A program made the position numbers and the translations under genes. Under the pieces are notes generated by a model, which worked only from the letters and a program-made list of their open reading frames with translations, was not told the origin of the DNA and ran no database searches. Below are positions 51,315-63,949 of a stretch of 64,000 bases of DNA, one piece after another. The DNA is from Octopus vulgaris (lineage: Eukaryota): NCBI GenBank assembly GCA_951406725.2, contig OX597824.1, positions 10,106,001-10,170,000 on the forward strand, in the 5' to 3' direction. Every line of letters begins with the position of its first letter. Positions within the stretch are counted from its first letter, which is position 1.

Positions 51315-51884
51315 GTTCGTTTGTCATTTTTTCATTGAATTTGCTTTCCTCTCCCTGTCTACCTTCAATGTTTACTGTCTTACAAACGGCCACCATAATT
51401 TATCAATCCCTATATGTCTTTCTTGGTATAGATCAGATGCATTTGTCCATATATTTTTTAATTTTGTATGGGGTTTAGTCTATTAAGATCTGATGTAATT
51501 ACTTTTGTCTTAGTCTCCTTTGCATTATTTCAAACTTTTATTACCTTCCTCTCTCGCTCTCTCTGTCGAACCACACCAGTTTGTCATCTTACATTTCCCA
51601 CACTGCTTGCATTATAACTCTATGATGGTTTCTCTCATTAGCTTGTTACACACTTCAACTCAAAATTTCTCAGTACACGCTCAACATCCCATACTGAAAT
51701 AATTCTTTTGCCTGTTTCCACTACTCCTCTATCGTCATGGTTTATTTATGTCAATCATTTATCTCCATACACCATTACAGCTACATATCATCATGCAGCA
51801 TGTTACAACCATGCCACACCATGCAGTTTGTTACAATCATAAGTCACCACTTCATGTGTCACAAACATTCAGAACTATTCTGTA

Positions 51885-52345
51885 TGTCATCATCATCATT
51901 CATTGTTCAACTGTGGTCAAGACAATGGAATTTACTATGTTACACCAGACTTCACGGTCCGTCATAGCATTACGGAGGTCCTGTTGCTGGATGCCTGTAT
52001 CCCTGGAGATTACATCAGGGTAGGAGAGTGTGCACCCTCTGGTATTGCGAGCAGATGGCTTCCAGAAGAGAAGATTAGAAATTACCTCGTTTTCAGGTCT
52101 ACAACAATGTCCAGCAAACTGGACTCTCCAACCTTTCACAAGAGATGACACAGGTGGTAGTTTCCCCATATATTTGTACTTAGGTTGGATGATGTTTCCA
52201 CGTGAGATTTTGAGCTCTCATAAGGAGGCGAGTGTAAGTTCCATCCAACCACCTTTCAAGCTTCTTTGATAACGTCCAGGTTTCTGAGCCATATAGTAGA
52301 ATTGGTTCGACTGTGGCTTTGAAGATTTTAAGTTTGAAATCTCTA
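51885..52345 (-). mobile_element. 3' end of a second LINE family
   Basis: Minus ORF ...RVQFAGHCCR...DLRNAMTDREVW, followed by an (ATG)n tail. Confidence 0.75.
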
Positions 52346-52955
52346 CTTAGATTTGATGACCAGATTTATGCATATCATTACAGGCTGTTATGTGGTTTGT
52401 GTCTCTCATATCTATTGTTCTTTGGCTCCTCTTGATCACTCTCTCACCCTCTCCTCTAAAATACGAGTACTCCAATAGCTCCTCTACAGCAAGGAACCTG
52501 TTCTGCTCTGTCTTTGAAAACACATTAGATAAGGTAGTCCTATGCACAGTGTATCTTCAAAACAAACAAAAAACATGAGATGGTCCCAGCTGGAACGCTT
52601 TTGATCGTGTGACTATTCAGTTGTATTGGTCATATTTAGAAAGTTTTGGAAAGATAGAATGCATGTCTTTATATCTTACTTTACTGTCGGTACCACCTTT
52701 TGTTGCTTTGTAGTTTGACCGTGTCAAGTTACACTAGTTTTCTCCCTTCCTCTTTTTCTCTTCTACCCCCCCCCACCTGTCTAGTATGTCCTCCTCCTTT
52801 CTGTCTCCCTTGTTTCTTCCTCTCTAGACCACTACCTCTGTTCCTCAATATTTAATGAAACACAATTCAACAGTTCTTTTTGTGATATGATAATCAATTA
52901 TTATAATTAGGTGCTTATATGTGTTAAGTCAGATGTTTATATATATATATATATA

Positions 52956-53053
52956 CAATCCATACTAGCATGGAAAGCAGACGTTAAATGATAATGATAT
53001 ATATATATATATATATCATTATCATTTAACGTCTGTTTTCCATGCTAGTATGG

Positions 53054-53057
<4 letters not shown>
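52956..53057. repeat. Palindrome made from a LINE 3' tail, centred on and flanked by (TA)n
   Basis: CAATCCATACTAGCATGGAAAGCAGACGTTAAATGATAATG-(AT)n-reverse complement, with 1 mismatch. Confidence 0.9.
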
Positions 53058-53097
<40 letters not shown>

Positions 53098-53171
53098 TAT
53101 AAAGAATTTTTTGTGTAATAAGATAAAAAAAACCAAGGCTGTGTAGATATTAGAGCATTTATAGATATTAG

Positions 53172-53219
53172 GTCTTACAGCTGTTTCTAGGATGTTTATT
53201 AATTATATCCCTTCATCGG
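53172..53219 (-). ncRNA. Degenerate hammerhead ribozyme motif
   Basis: Minus strand reads CCGATGA-AGGGATAT...ACATCCTA-GAAAC-AGCT-GTA-AGAC. U4 is mutated and the 5' strand of stem I is replaced by a local inverted copy. Confidence 0.5.
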
Positions 53220-56200
53220 GATATAATTCACCTTCTTTCGCATTTATTTGCTTACTCCAGTATATATACATATATTTAAAGACAAATGTAAATTATGAAC
53301 TAACAACTTCTTTTCAGTAGTTCTCTTTGATTTTTACCAATTCCAGGTGAGACCTACAAACCTATAAATTATTTATGTAACTCAGGCCTTACGTCTTTCC
53401 AACCATTTTTTAAACAATGGTTTTTTTGGTTTTTTTTTGTATTCTTGCATTATCTTTAAATTGAGTTTCTCTCTTATTAGATTGATCTTTCCATTATTTT
53501 GTGGGTTCAAAGTTGGTTCCTATACAAAAAAAATTTAGTGGTTTACGTCTGAGGTAGTCCATAAGCAATGAGGGTCATTTGATAGTCATTGTGATCTGTT
53601 GGGAATAAATGCTTTGTTTTTTTATATGGGTGTTACTAAGATTTTATCATCCTGGTATAGTTTTGTATCTTTGTATTTTTATTCATGTATTTTCTCAATA
53701 GTTCGTTTTTAGAACTTTGGAATTTAGAAAAGTCTGAAAGACCTGATTTGATTCAGTTATAACCACGGAACTCAAAATTGGTGAAGCTATAAATAATAGC
53801 ATGTAATAGTGGAATGTCTGTCTTCTTTATAGGTGATGTGGGTTCAAGTTTCACAGGCAGCAATCAACTTTTTATACCCAAAGGGTTTTTAAACCCAATA
53901 TTTATACACTATTATTTATAGCTTTATCTACTTTGAGCTCCATTGTTGAAATCAAATCATTTCACTTTTAGCCATGTTGTACAGTTGTTGTTTCAGTCTG
54001 CACATATTCCTAGTTGGTTGCAATTAACTAAATTAAATGGTGAGATTTCTTAATTGCAGTTGCACAAGTCTGTTTGCACAATAATTTTAGCATAATATTT
54101 GGGTTTACTAGGCATTAAATTATGAGGTCAATTCTTGCCTGCACTGTTATTTAAGGTTATACAATTATTTGGGGAATTTTCTGTTTTTATTCTAGGCAGC
54201 GTAGGTGTGTACATGTGCACATATATAAGCGATTGTTTACTCACAGGTTCTCCCCGTTCCTTCTATATCTACACAGAACTATGAATTTAGAATTTGGCAC
54301 CTCACTGTCACTAAAGAGAAAGTTGTTTGCCATATTGGTATCATCTTCATTTTCATGATCAGTTTTCTTTTGTTTTGTATCTTTTACTTGTTTCAGTCAT
54401 TGGACTGTAGCCTTGCTGTGGCACTGCCTCAAAGGGTTTTGTCAAAGAAATCGATCTTAGTATATATTTTTTAAGCCTGGTACTTATTCTATCAGCCTCT
54501 TTTGCTGAACTGCTAAGTTACTGGGATGTAAACAAACCAATACTGGTTGTCAAGTAGTAGTGAAGGAACAAACGCAGACATATACACATATGCATAAATA
54601 TATACTGACTGTCCCACACTTTCTATACTGCTGTCATATTGGTCTGAAATTTGATCAGTCTTTGTCTCTGCTATGTTGGTCTAGAACAAATACAAGTAAC
54701 TTTTTTCCCAGGAGTGGACTACATGAGACCTGCCTCATCATCAAGTGGGCTGTGCTACTAAAAAAAACTCAAATTATTTTTTCGTTGGGCATGCCTTTCA
54801 AAAAGACCTGTAGGTTGCAATCTGCCTGGTCTATCTTTTTTGCTGCTGTTGTGTTGGTCTAATATTAAGTCTTTCTTTTTTTCTATGAGAGCTTAGTCTG
54901 AATTTTCCATTCTCAGTATTTAATACATCACTAACTTCTAACTATTCTTCCGTCTAACTTACTTTCATCAGTAGCACTGATTCAAATTTGGTGTGAAAAT
55001 ACCATCAACTAATTATTATAATTAACAGCTCATTGTTTTGTCTGCTGAAACTGTTATATTACATGATTTATTATCTTAATTACTCATTTTCTTAATGACA
55101 CTGATTACTGTATGACCTTCAGTTAATTCAACTTATTATTCATCATCAATATTACCTTTGTTGTAACGTATTTTTTCATACTGCCATGATATGGACCAAA
55201 TGTTCATTCATCTATTTAATCCAGACACTTTTACTACTTAATATCTGGATCATTAATATTAATTGCTGCTAAATTATAATTTGATACAGGAAGTATGAAA
55301 TTGTTTCTTTTTTTTTAATTCTCATTATGACATTCTTTGTTGTATCTTGGGAGGGTCATTGTGCTGATAATACACACACGCACTGGTTCTATTTCACTTG
55401 GCAAACTGGCAGAATCGTCAGCACACCAGGCAAAATGCTTAGCAGCAGTTCATCCATCTTTACTTTCTGAGTTCAAATCCTGCCATGGTCGACTTTGCCG
55501 TTCATCATTTTGGGGTTGATAAAATAAGTACAAGTTGAACAGTGGGGTTGATGCAATCAACGTACTCCTTTCCCCAAAATTGCTGGCCTTGTGTCAAAAT
55601 TTGAAATTAACATTATTATTAGCCAATTAGTTAACACCATTTAACTAACCAATTGTTTGATTTATCATTTGGACAATCGATCTGTCAGCTATGTTGGTCA
55701 AAGTCCTTTAGTTACTAATTGTGATGTCATCAATGATATGCCCTCTCTACTCCGGGTCTGCTTTAGGTCTGTTTGCCTAGCTGATTGATTGACTTGAAAG
55801 ATCAATGGAAGACCAATTAATTAATTGGTTAAATGTTAGTCAATTGATAAATAGTAATTCAAGAAGCGAAATAGAACAAGTGCATGTATGTTTGTTATTG
55901 GCATAATGACCTTTCCAAGATACAACAAAATCTGTTTCAACACATGAGTTCACAACAAGAAGCTTACAAACCAAATGAAAAAACAAAATAAGACATCTTT
56001 GCTGAGTATATATAATAACATTGTACTGAAATTACATTTAAAACGAAAGAAATCTAATAAAATACCAGATGAAACTCATGTTGTTTCTTTCATTTTCTCC
56101 CTATTTTTTTGCTATCTTCTCTCTCTCTCTCTCTCCCCCACCTTTTCTCTGACTAGTTACATCATTTTGGTTGTCTCACAAACATCTATATATATCCCAC

Positions 56201-56307
56201 GATTGTTCTTGAATCTGTATAGTTATTGCTAGTTTTGTAAAAGCTAAAGAGATTTTTGATATACTGTCTGTTCTTCAATTTGTTAATTTCATGAACTTGT
56301 TTTGCAG

Positions 56308-58042
56308 CACTGGGAACGCAACCGGTAAAAAGCCCAACAACGTGGTCCAAAGAGCTCAACAGAAGAACGTCGGCAACAACCAAACGAATGCAGAGGAAGA
56401 GGTCGTGGGCATATTAATGGAACTTGGTCGGAGCGGATCAGTGAGTACAGGTGAAGAGAATGCTACAACCAGTGTTGTGGACAGCAGCAAGACTTGTCCA
56501 TCCACTATCACAGTGGGAACTCCAGGGTCAACCGGAGCAGTTGGTGGGAAAGAGGTTGCTGCAACTAATCAAAATGCCACACCAAGTTTGCTGGATAACT
56601 CTGCTGACGTTGTTAAAGATAGCAGTTCGTTGGCAAGAACGTTTCTACAGCAAATGGGCTTGAACAAACACATCAATACTCTACAAGATGAGATTGTCAG
56701 CATCACTGAAGCTGAGATCAGCAATGATAACGGTACACAGAAAGTAATATTAGTTGAAGTACGTCCTAAGAACCAAAAGCAGACTGTTGTCCACATGTAC
56801 CTCGTGTCTCCGACAATTGCACCAAAGACGGACGCGGGTCAAAACAGCTCAGCCGGGAACCCAACAAATGTGAATCCTGGCGTTCCCCAGATGTCGGTAC
56901 CAGCACTGGTAACAACAACTACGTTACCGCCTCCTCCTCCACCGACATCCACGCTGGAAACCGCGGCATTACCTCCCCCTCTTGTGCAAAGACCAGTAAC
57001 TACAACACTACCACCAGCCCCTGCGCAAATGCTGGCCACCACATTACCGCCTCCTGCAGCTACACAAGTGACCTCTATGTTACCTCTCCCTCCTACTCAA
57101 ACACAAGTAACTACAACATTACCCCCTCCTCCTCCTGCACAAACACAAGTGACCTCTCTGTTGCTACTGCCTCCAGGGCAGACACCAGTGACCTCTACAA
57201 TACCTACCCCTTCTACGTCCACTCTAGTAACTGCAACGTTACCTCCTCCTCCTCCTGCACAAAAACAAGCCACCTGTATGTTGCCCCTGCCTCCGGGACA
57301 GACACCAGTGACCTCTACAATACCTACCCCTTCTACGTCCACTCTAGTAACTGCAACGTTACCTCCTCCTCCTCCTGCACAAAAACAAGCCACCTGTATG
57401 TTGCCCCTGCCTCCGGGACAGACACCAGTGACCTCTACAATACCTACCCCTTCTACGTCTACCCTAGTAACTGCAACGTTACCTCCTCCTCCTCCTGCAC
57501 AAAAACAAGCCACCTGTATGTTGCCCCTGCCTCCGGGACAGACACCAGTGACCTCTACAATACCTACCCCTTCTACGTCCACCCTAGTAACTGCAACGTT
57601 ACCTCCTCCACCTCCTCCTCCTGCACAAACACAAGTGACCTCTCTGTTGCCCCTGCCTCCAGGGCAGACACCAGTGACCTCTACAATACCTACCCCTTCT
57701 ATGTCCACCCTAGTAACTGCAACGTTACCTTCTCCTCCTCCTCCTGCACAAAAACAAGCCACCTGTATGTTGCCCCTGCCTCCGGGGCAGACACCAGTAA
57801 CCTCTACAATACCTACCCCTTCTATGTCCACCCTAGTAACTGCAACGTTACCCCCTACTGTGCCTACAGTGGTAACTTCAACGTTAACAACTCCTCCCAC
57901 TGTACCCACACCGATAACCCCACTGTTACCTACACAAACAGAAGCAGCAGCAACAACAACAACAACAACTAGTTCTACAGTTGTTACTACTAATGTTACT
58001 GCAGAAACTGCTTCTGCTACAGTATTTGCTCCAAGCAGGTGA
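56308..58042 (+). CDS. BDP1: BDP1 terminal coding exon (Pro/Thr-rich, 40-aa tandem repeats)
   Basis: ttgcAG|C ACT in phase 2, with a 1735-nt open frame to TGA. Assigned to BDP1 by phase and position, not by recognisable homology. Confidence 0.72.
57118..57855 (+). repeat. Coding minisatellite, ~120-bp unit, about 6 copies
   Basis: GACACCAGT recurs at 57181, 57301, 57421, 57541, 57667 and 57790. Confidence 0.95.
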
Positions 58043-58280
58043 CCAAATCTGTAATTTAAGTCTTCTGTTAAATATCTATATGTTGAATCACTGTATTATA
58101 TTTACTGATTATCAAATGTATTGATTGTTATATGTTGTCTGTCATACATACATACATACATAAATAAATACATACCCACACAATATATAATAATAATATG
58201 AAGGAATATTATTCCAAACTTACAGGGAAAAATTCAATTTAGAAATACTAAATCAAATTTCACAAAATATAATATATATA

Positions 58281-58581
58281 TAAATTAGAAAAAAACCACC
58301 TTTTATCAATTCAATAATGAAAAATTAAATTATACCATTTAGAAAAATTACATATTATAGAAAGATTAAATATACGATAAAATATATAGCGATGATTAAG
58401 TAATGTGCAAAATAATAAATAAAACGTATATATTTGGTTTTATTTATTATTTTGCACATTACTTAATCATCGTTATATGTTTTATCTTATATTTAATCTT
58501 TCTATAATATGTAATTTTCTGAATGGTATAATTTAATTTTTCATTATTGAATTCATAAAAGGTGGGTTTTTTTCTAATTTA
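58281..58581. repeat. AT-rich long palindrome (~145-bp arms) between (TA)n tracts
   Basis: 58281-58425 is the imperfect reverse complement of 58437-58581. Confidence 0.9.
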
Positions 58582-58761
58582 TATATATATATATATAAAT
58601 AAATAGATGAGTGTATTTTTACGTTGTTAAAAATTAACACAGAAAAATAAATAATTAGTTACCAGGGCAGCAAAAATATTTTGAATAGTATCAGTGGAAT
58701 TTTCGAAACATGTGTCGAAAGTAAAAATATTTGTTTACACCTGCGTTAACTCCATTTTTTA

Positions 58762-58810
<49 letters not shown>

Positions 58811-59600
58811 CATTTAGTAAAATTGACAAAAAGAATTCAGTGAACTTGCTGTGTGGAGAGGAAAGCTCAATGTTTCTGACAGAGTTCTTATTCAGGGGGG
58901 AAATTGACTGGAGAGAAATTAAAAAAAGAGTCAGTAGCAGAATTTTCCTAACATAGAGGATGTAAAACTCTGTGGTCTCTTAATTTCTCTTCTGTTGACT
59001 TTTCCTCAGAGGAAAACACTTGTCTGAAACTTTTTGTTTTTCCACTCCCCATGATGGAAATTCAGGCACAGACCAACACAAGTCTCATCTCTTTTTCGAG
59101 TCATTTTGATCACACACATGCACACATGTACACACATACAGTGAAGGTATATGGCTAAGTGGTTAGGGTGTTGAACTCCCAATTGCAAGCTTGTGATTTC
59201 AACTCCCAGACTGGTGGTGCATTGTGTTCTTGAGCAAGACACTTCACTTCATATTACTCCAATCCATTCAGCTGTAAATGAGTATCTTGCAATGGACTGG
59301 CATGTGGACCTACCTGCCTTGCCACTGGAGTGACATCATTTGAAAGACACAATGTAAGGAGCTGCCAATTTAGCAGCAGTGTATAATGCTACCAGTCTGG
59401 TTAATAACAATAACATACATATATATATATAATAATAGTAGGAAATATATATGTATATATATATATATATATATAATATTAGTAGGGAACATATATAATA
59501 ATAATAATAATAATAGTAGGGAATATAATTCCAAACTTACAGGGAAAAATTCAATTTAGCAATTCTAAATCAAATTTCACAATATATAATGTATGTATAT

Positions 59601-59821
59601 AATTGAGAGAAATAACCTCTATTAAATAACTCAATAGTGAAAGACATTATCCATATTATATAGAAAAAGTTTAAGTATGCTATAATAAATATTCAAAAAA
59701 TCAATAAATTAAATATTTATTGATTGTTTTCTTAATATTTATGGTATATTTAAATTTTTTCTATGTAATATGGATAATGTCTTTCACTATTGAATTGCTT
59801 AATAGAGGTTATTTCTCAATT
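59601..59821. repeat. AT-rich long palindrome (~108-bp arms)
   Basis: 59601-59709 is the imperfect reverse complement of 59715-59821. Confidence 0.85.
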
Positions 59822-62800
59822 TAAATATAGGATAAAATCTTTATAAGAATTTATCAAGTAGTTAGCGTGAAAAACCTCATAAGGGAAAAATTTATTAATT
59901 ATTCCCTATAAATGTATTTATTTATATTAAGGGCATTTATGTATAGTAATGCCCTTAATATAAATAAATGAATATATATGCATGTATTGATTGATTGTCA
60001 TGTATGTTGTCTGATTGTCATGTTTTGTTTGGTTATCACATGTTAAAACTGAGGGCCATATTTCATCAGAAAAATAAATGGTGAATGACTTGGTACTTCA
60101 TTGTTAAAATTCTGCCAAGTAACCTTATATGTGATCTCGATAAATGTGAATGTGTCGCTGTGCCATTTCATGTGACACCAGCACCATTCTCAACTATGGT
60201 CACATGATATTTAATGCATTTAGTCTTGAAAATTGTAACAAATAAATGTTTTCTCTTACATGGTTCTCACTGCCAAAAAGAAAGACAATGATGAGGATGA
60301 TGGTGATGAAGATAATGATATTATTAATAATAATAATAATAATAATAAAATGCTGAGATAATAATCTTCCCAGATTATTTTTCAAACCATTAATTTATTC
60401 TGAAGCTCTGATTGCTTAATATTTCTCTGTATTTGACTGATAAATGTAGATATTGAATCATTGAAGATAAAATGATATGAAAGAATAATAAGAAATAAAA
60501 TGACAAAAAAAAAACTGGTGTAAGACCAGATGAGTTTTTGATTAATTCATTTTTTTTTTATTCTAGATTCTGTTATTCTGATGTCTACTTTTGACATCCT
60601 GTAGACTCACTCTTTTTGTTATGCCATACCTCTTCCTTTTCTTCCCTTTTGTCTTCTCTCTTCTTTGTTCTTTTTTTCCTCTCAGATGCAGTCACAAACA
60701 TTCATTCTATTATTTACTGAATAACTACTTTTTTCATTCATTTCATCACCACCATCTTTATCTCTCTCTTTCTCTTCCCTGCCTCATGCTAATTATTTTC
60801 ACCCACCTTGTATAATGTGAGTACCGGCACGGAGGCCAGCTTGTTGCCAAAAAACATCATTCAAACATGATTGTTACCTGCGTCGCCTTACTGGCATTTG
60901 TGCTGGTGGCACATAAAAAAACATTTGAGCGAGGTCATTGCCAGTGCTGCTGGACTGGCTCCTGTGCAGGTGGCACAAAAAAACACCATTTGAGCGTGGC
61001 CATTGCCAGTACCGCCTGACTGGCCCTCGTAAAAGCACCCACAACACTCTCGGAGTGGTTGGCATTAGGAAAGGCATCCAGCTGTAGAAACTGCAGGATC
61101 AGATTGGAGTCTGGTGCAGCCATCTTGTTTGCCAGACCTCATGGAAAGCGGACGTTAATCGATGATGTGTATCTCCTCTATGGCAAGAATCCTATTCTTT
61201 CCTCTTCATACTTTAACCTCTCAACACTTAGCACACAGCTGCCTCCTTCTACTGTTGACCTACTCAAATGAAGCTTAATGAAATCTTTGTCTTGCAAGCC
61301 ATATGCTATCTTCATTTGTGCTCATGTCAAGAGAAAAAGCACCAGGTTCCCTTGGGGCCAAGCATTTGAAGATCCTTTCTCACCACTTCATCCTATGTTT
61401 TCCTGGGTCTACACCTTCAGCAGGTTCCTGCCACAATTACAGCTTGGCACTTCTTTACACAGCTGTCTTTCTGTGTTGGGGGGGGGGGGCGTGTCTAACC
61501 ATGAGATATTACCTTAATTAGAAACAGGTGAAGGTTGGTGACATAAAGGGCACCCAGCTGAAAAACATGTACCTCAGCAAATGAGGTTAGTAAGAAGTTT
61601 GCTTCCCAACCACATGGTTCCCAGGTTCTGTCCCACTGTGTGGCACCTTGGGCAAGTGTCTTGTACTATTCTCAGGCCAACCAAACCATTGTGAATGTAT
61701 CGGGTAGATGGAAACTGAAATAAACTTGTCATATATATATATTTGTGTGTGTGTGTGCATCTTTGCGTTTATCCCCACTGTCAATGTTTGACAACCAGGG
61801 TTGGTGGGTTCCTGTAACGCAACAATTCAGCAAAAGTAGCCAATAGAATTAGTACCAGACTTGCAAAAAATAATTACTAGGGTTGCTTCATTTAACTAGT
61901 AATTCTTCAAGGCAGTGCCCCAGCATGGCCACAGTCTAATAACTGAAACAAGTAAAAGTTAAGATATATTCAGCTGTAGAAACATTGCCAAGTCAGACTG
62001 GAGCCTGGTGGAACCACTGGCTCTCCAGACCTCAGTCAAACCATCCAACCCATGCCAGCATGGAAAACGGATGTTAAACAATGATGATGATAATGAACTT
62101 TTATGTGGGAAATGTTGGTTGGTTTTGAAGTTTCTGTTTACTTACCTTTGATGTTTTGGTGAAGGTGAGTAATCTGTATTTTTGAAGATTCTGTCAAACC
62201 TTTCTTAGCAAAAGTTTATTAAACGTACACAAGTAAAAAATCTTGAGTAAACCCTCAGTTCAATGTTAAATTGATTTATGCCTCACTTGCCATAAAAATA
62301 CTTGACCATGGGATTGCACCTAGAAAAAGTTACCCTCTGAGGCACAAGTCTGTGCAAGATTGTTTGTGGAAGACCAGCAATCGGCCATGCATACCAGACT
62401 CCTCCCCTCTCCATGCCACTGATGTTGTCCAAGGAAAAAAGCAAAGAACGATATAACTTGGCACCAGTGATGTTGCAACTCATTTCTACAGCTGAGTGAC
62501 CTGGAGCAACATGAAATATAGTGTCTTGCTCAAGAACACAACATAAACCTAGTCTGGGTATCAAACTCAATATCTCATGTTTGTGAGCCTTATATATATA
62601 CATACATGTGGAGGCGCGTGGTTAGGGTGTCAGCATCATGATCGTAAGATTGTGGTTTCAATTCCTGGACTGGGCGACACGTGTTCTTGAGCAAAACACT
62701 TCATTTCACGTTGCTCCAGTCCACTCAGCTGGCAAAAATGAGTAACGCTGCAATGGACTGGCATCCTGTCCAGCTGGGGAACACATACACCATTGAAACT

Positions 62801-63857
62801 GGGCCCATGAGCCTGGCTAAGCTTTAAAAGGGTGCATTTATTATTTATATATGTATGCATAAGCAGTAAAGCCTTGGTTTGCAAATGCTGCTCATCACAA
62901 ACAAACTGGTTTACAATATTTTGAACATAAAATACTTTGCATGACGAACAGTGTTCCAAGTAATGAACATGCAAGCTGGGAACACCAGTGGGAAAGAATC
63001 AGTTGTGTTCTAACTTCCACTGAGTGCACATCCTTGCTTGAATTTGTTGTCTTCTCTTGACTTTCCTATGAAAAAATAGTTTCTGTTATAAACGGCCTTC
63101 AGGAATAAATCACATTCTTAGACCAGTGGAGGCCCAGTGGTTAGGGCAGCGAACTCGCGGTCATAGGATCGCAGTTTCGATTCCCAGACCGGGCGTTGTG
63201 AGTGTTTATTGAGCGAAAACACCTAAAAGCTCCACGAGGCTCCGGCAGGGGATGGTGGTGATCCCTGCTGTTCTCTTTCACCACAACTTTCTCTCATTCT
63301 TACTTCCTGTTTCTGTTGTACCTGTATTTCAAAGGGCCGGCCTTGTCACTCTCTGTGTCACGCTGAATATCCCTGAGAACTACGTTAAGGGTACAGGTGT
63401 CTGTGGAGTGCTCAGCCACTTACACGTTAATTCCACGAGCAGGCTGTTCCGTTGATTCGGATCAACGGGAACCCTCATCGTCGTAACCGACAGAGTACTT
63501 CCATCCACATTCTTAGACCAAGACTCCACGATATATAAAGTATATACAAATTTCACATTTGATTTTACTGAAGAGAAGAGGAGTTATTTATAAATGCTCA
63601 TCAATACAGGATTCCATTATTCCATATTATCTAAGTATATGAACTATATTTGGAATACAAGACAATATAACAGATTTTACATATGAATATTATGGATTAT
63701 TACAGAAGACTAACCAAGGAGGTATATATGGATTTAAAGACTCATCAAAAGCAGTAATTTTTAATATATATTTCAAACAAGCACTATTTTATAGTATTAC
63801 ATCAAATTTTTTTAAAAACTACCATTCGATATGTTATACAAAATTCAAATTTAATTT

Positions 63858-63949
63858 TATATCTGAAGAGCAGAAGAGTTGTCTATAAATGCTTATCAAC
63901 ATAGCATTTCATTATAGGGACAGCACTTCTGTGAAACGATCGTAAGATG
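63858..63949 (+). ncRNA. Type I hammerhead ribozyme motif
   Basis: TATAT-CTGAAGA-GCAGAAG...CTTCTGT-GAAAC-GATC-GTA-AGATG. Canonical core and palindromic GATC loop, with one stem I mismatch. Confidence 0.7.

Noticed and set aside
57097-57909. 270-aa Gly/Val/Cys-rich minus-strand ORF
   Set aside because: Antisense shadow of the coding minisatellite.
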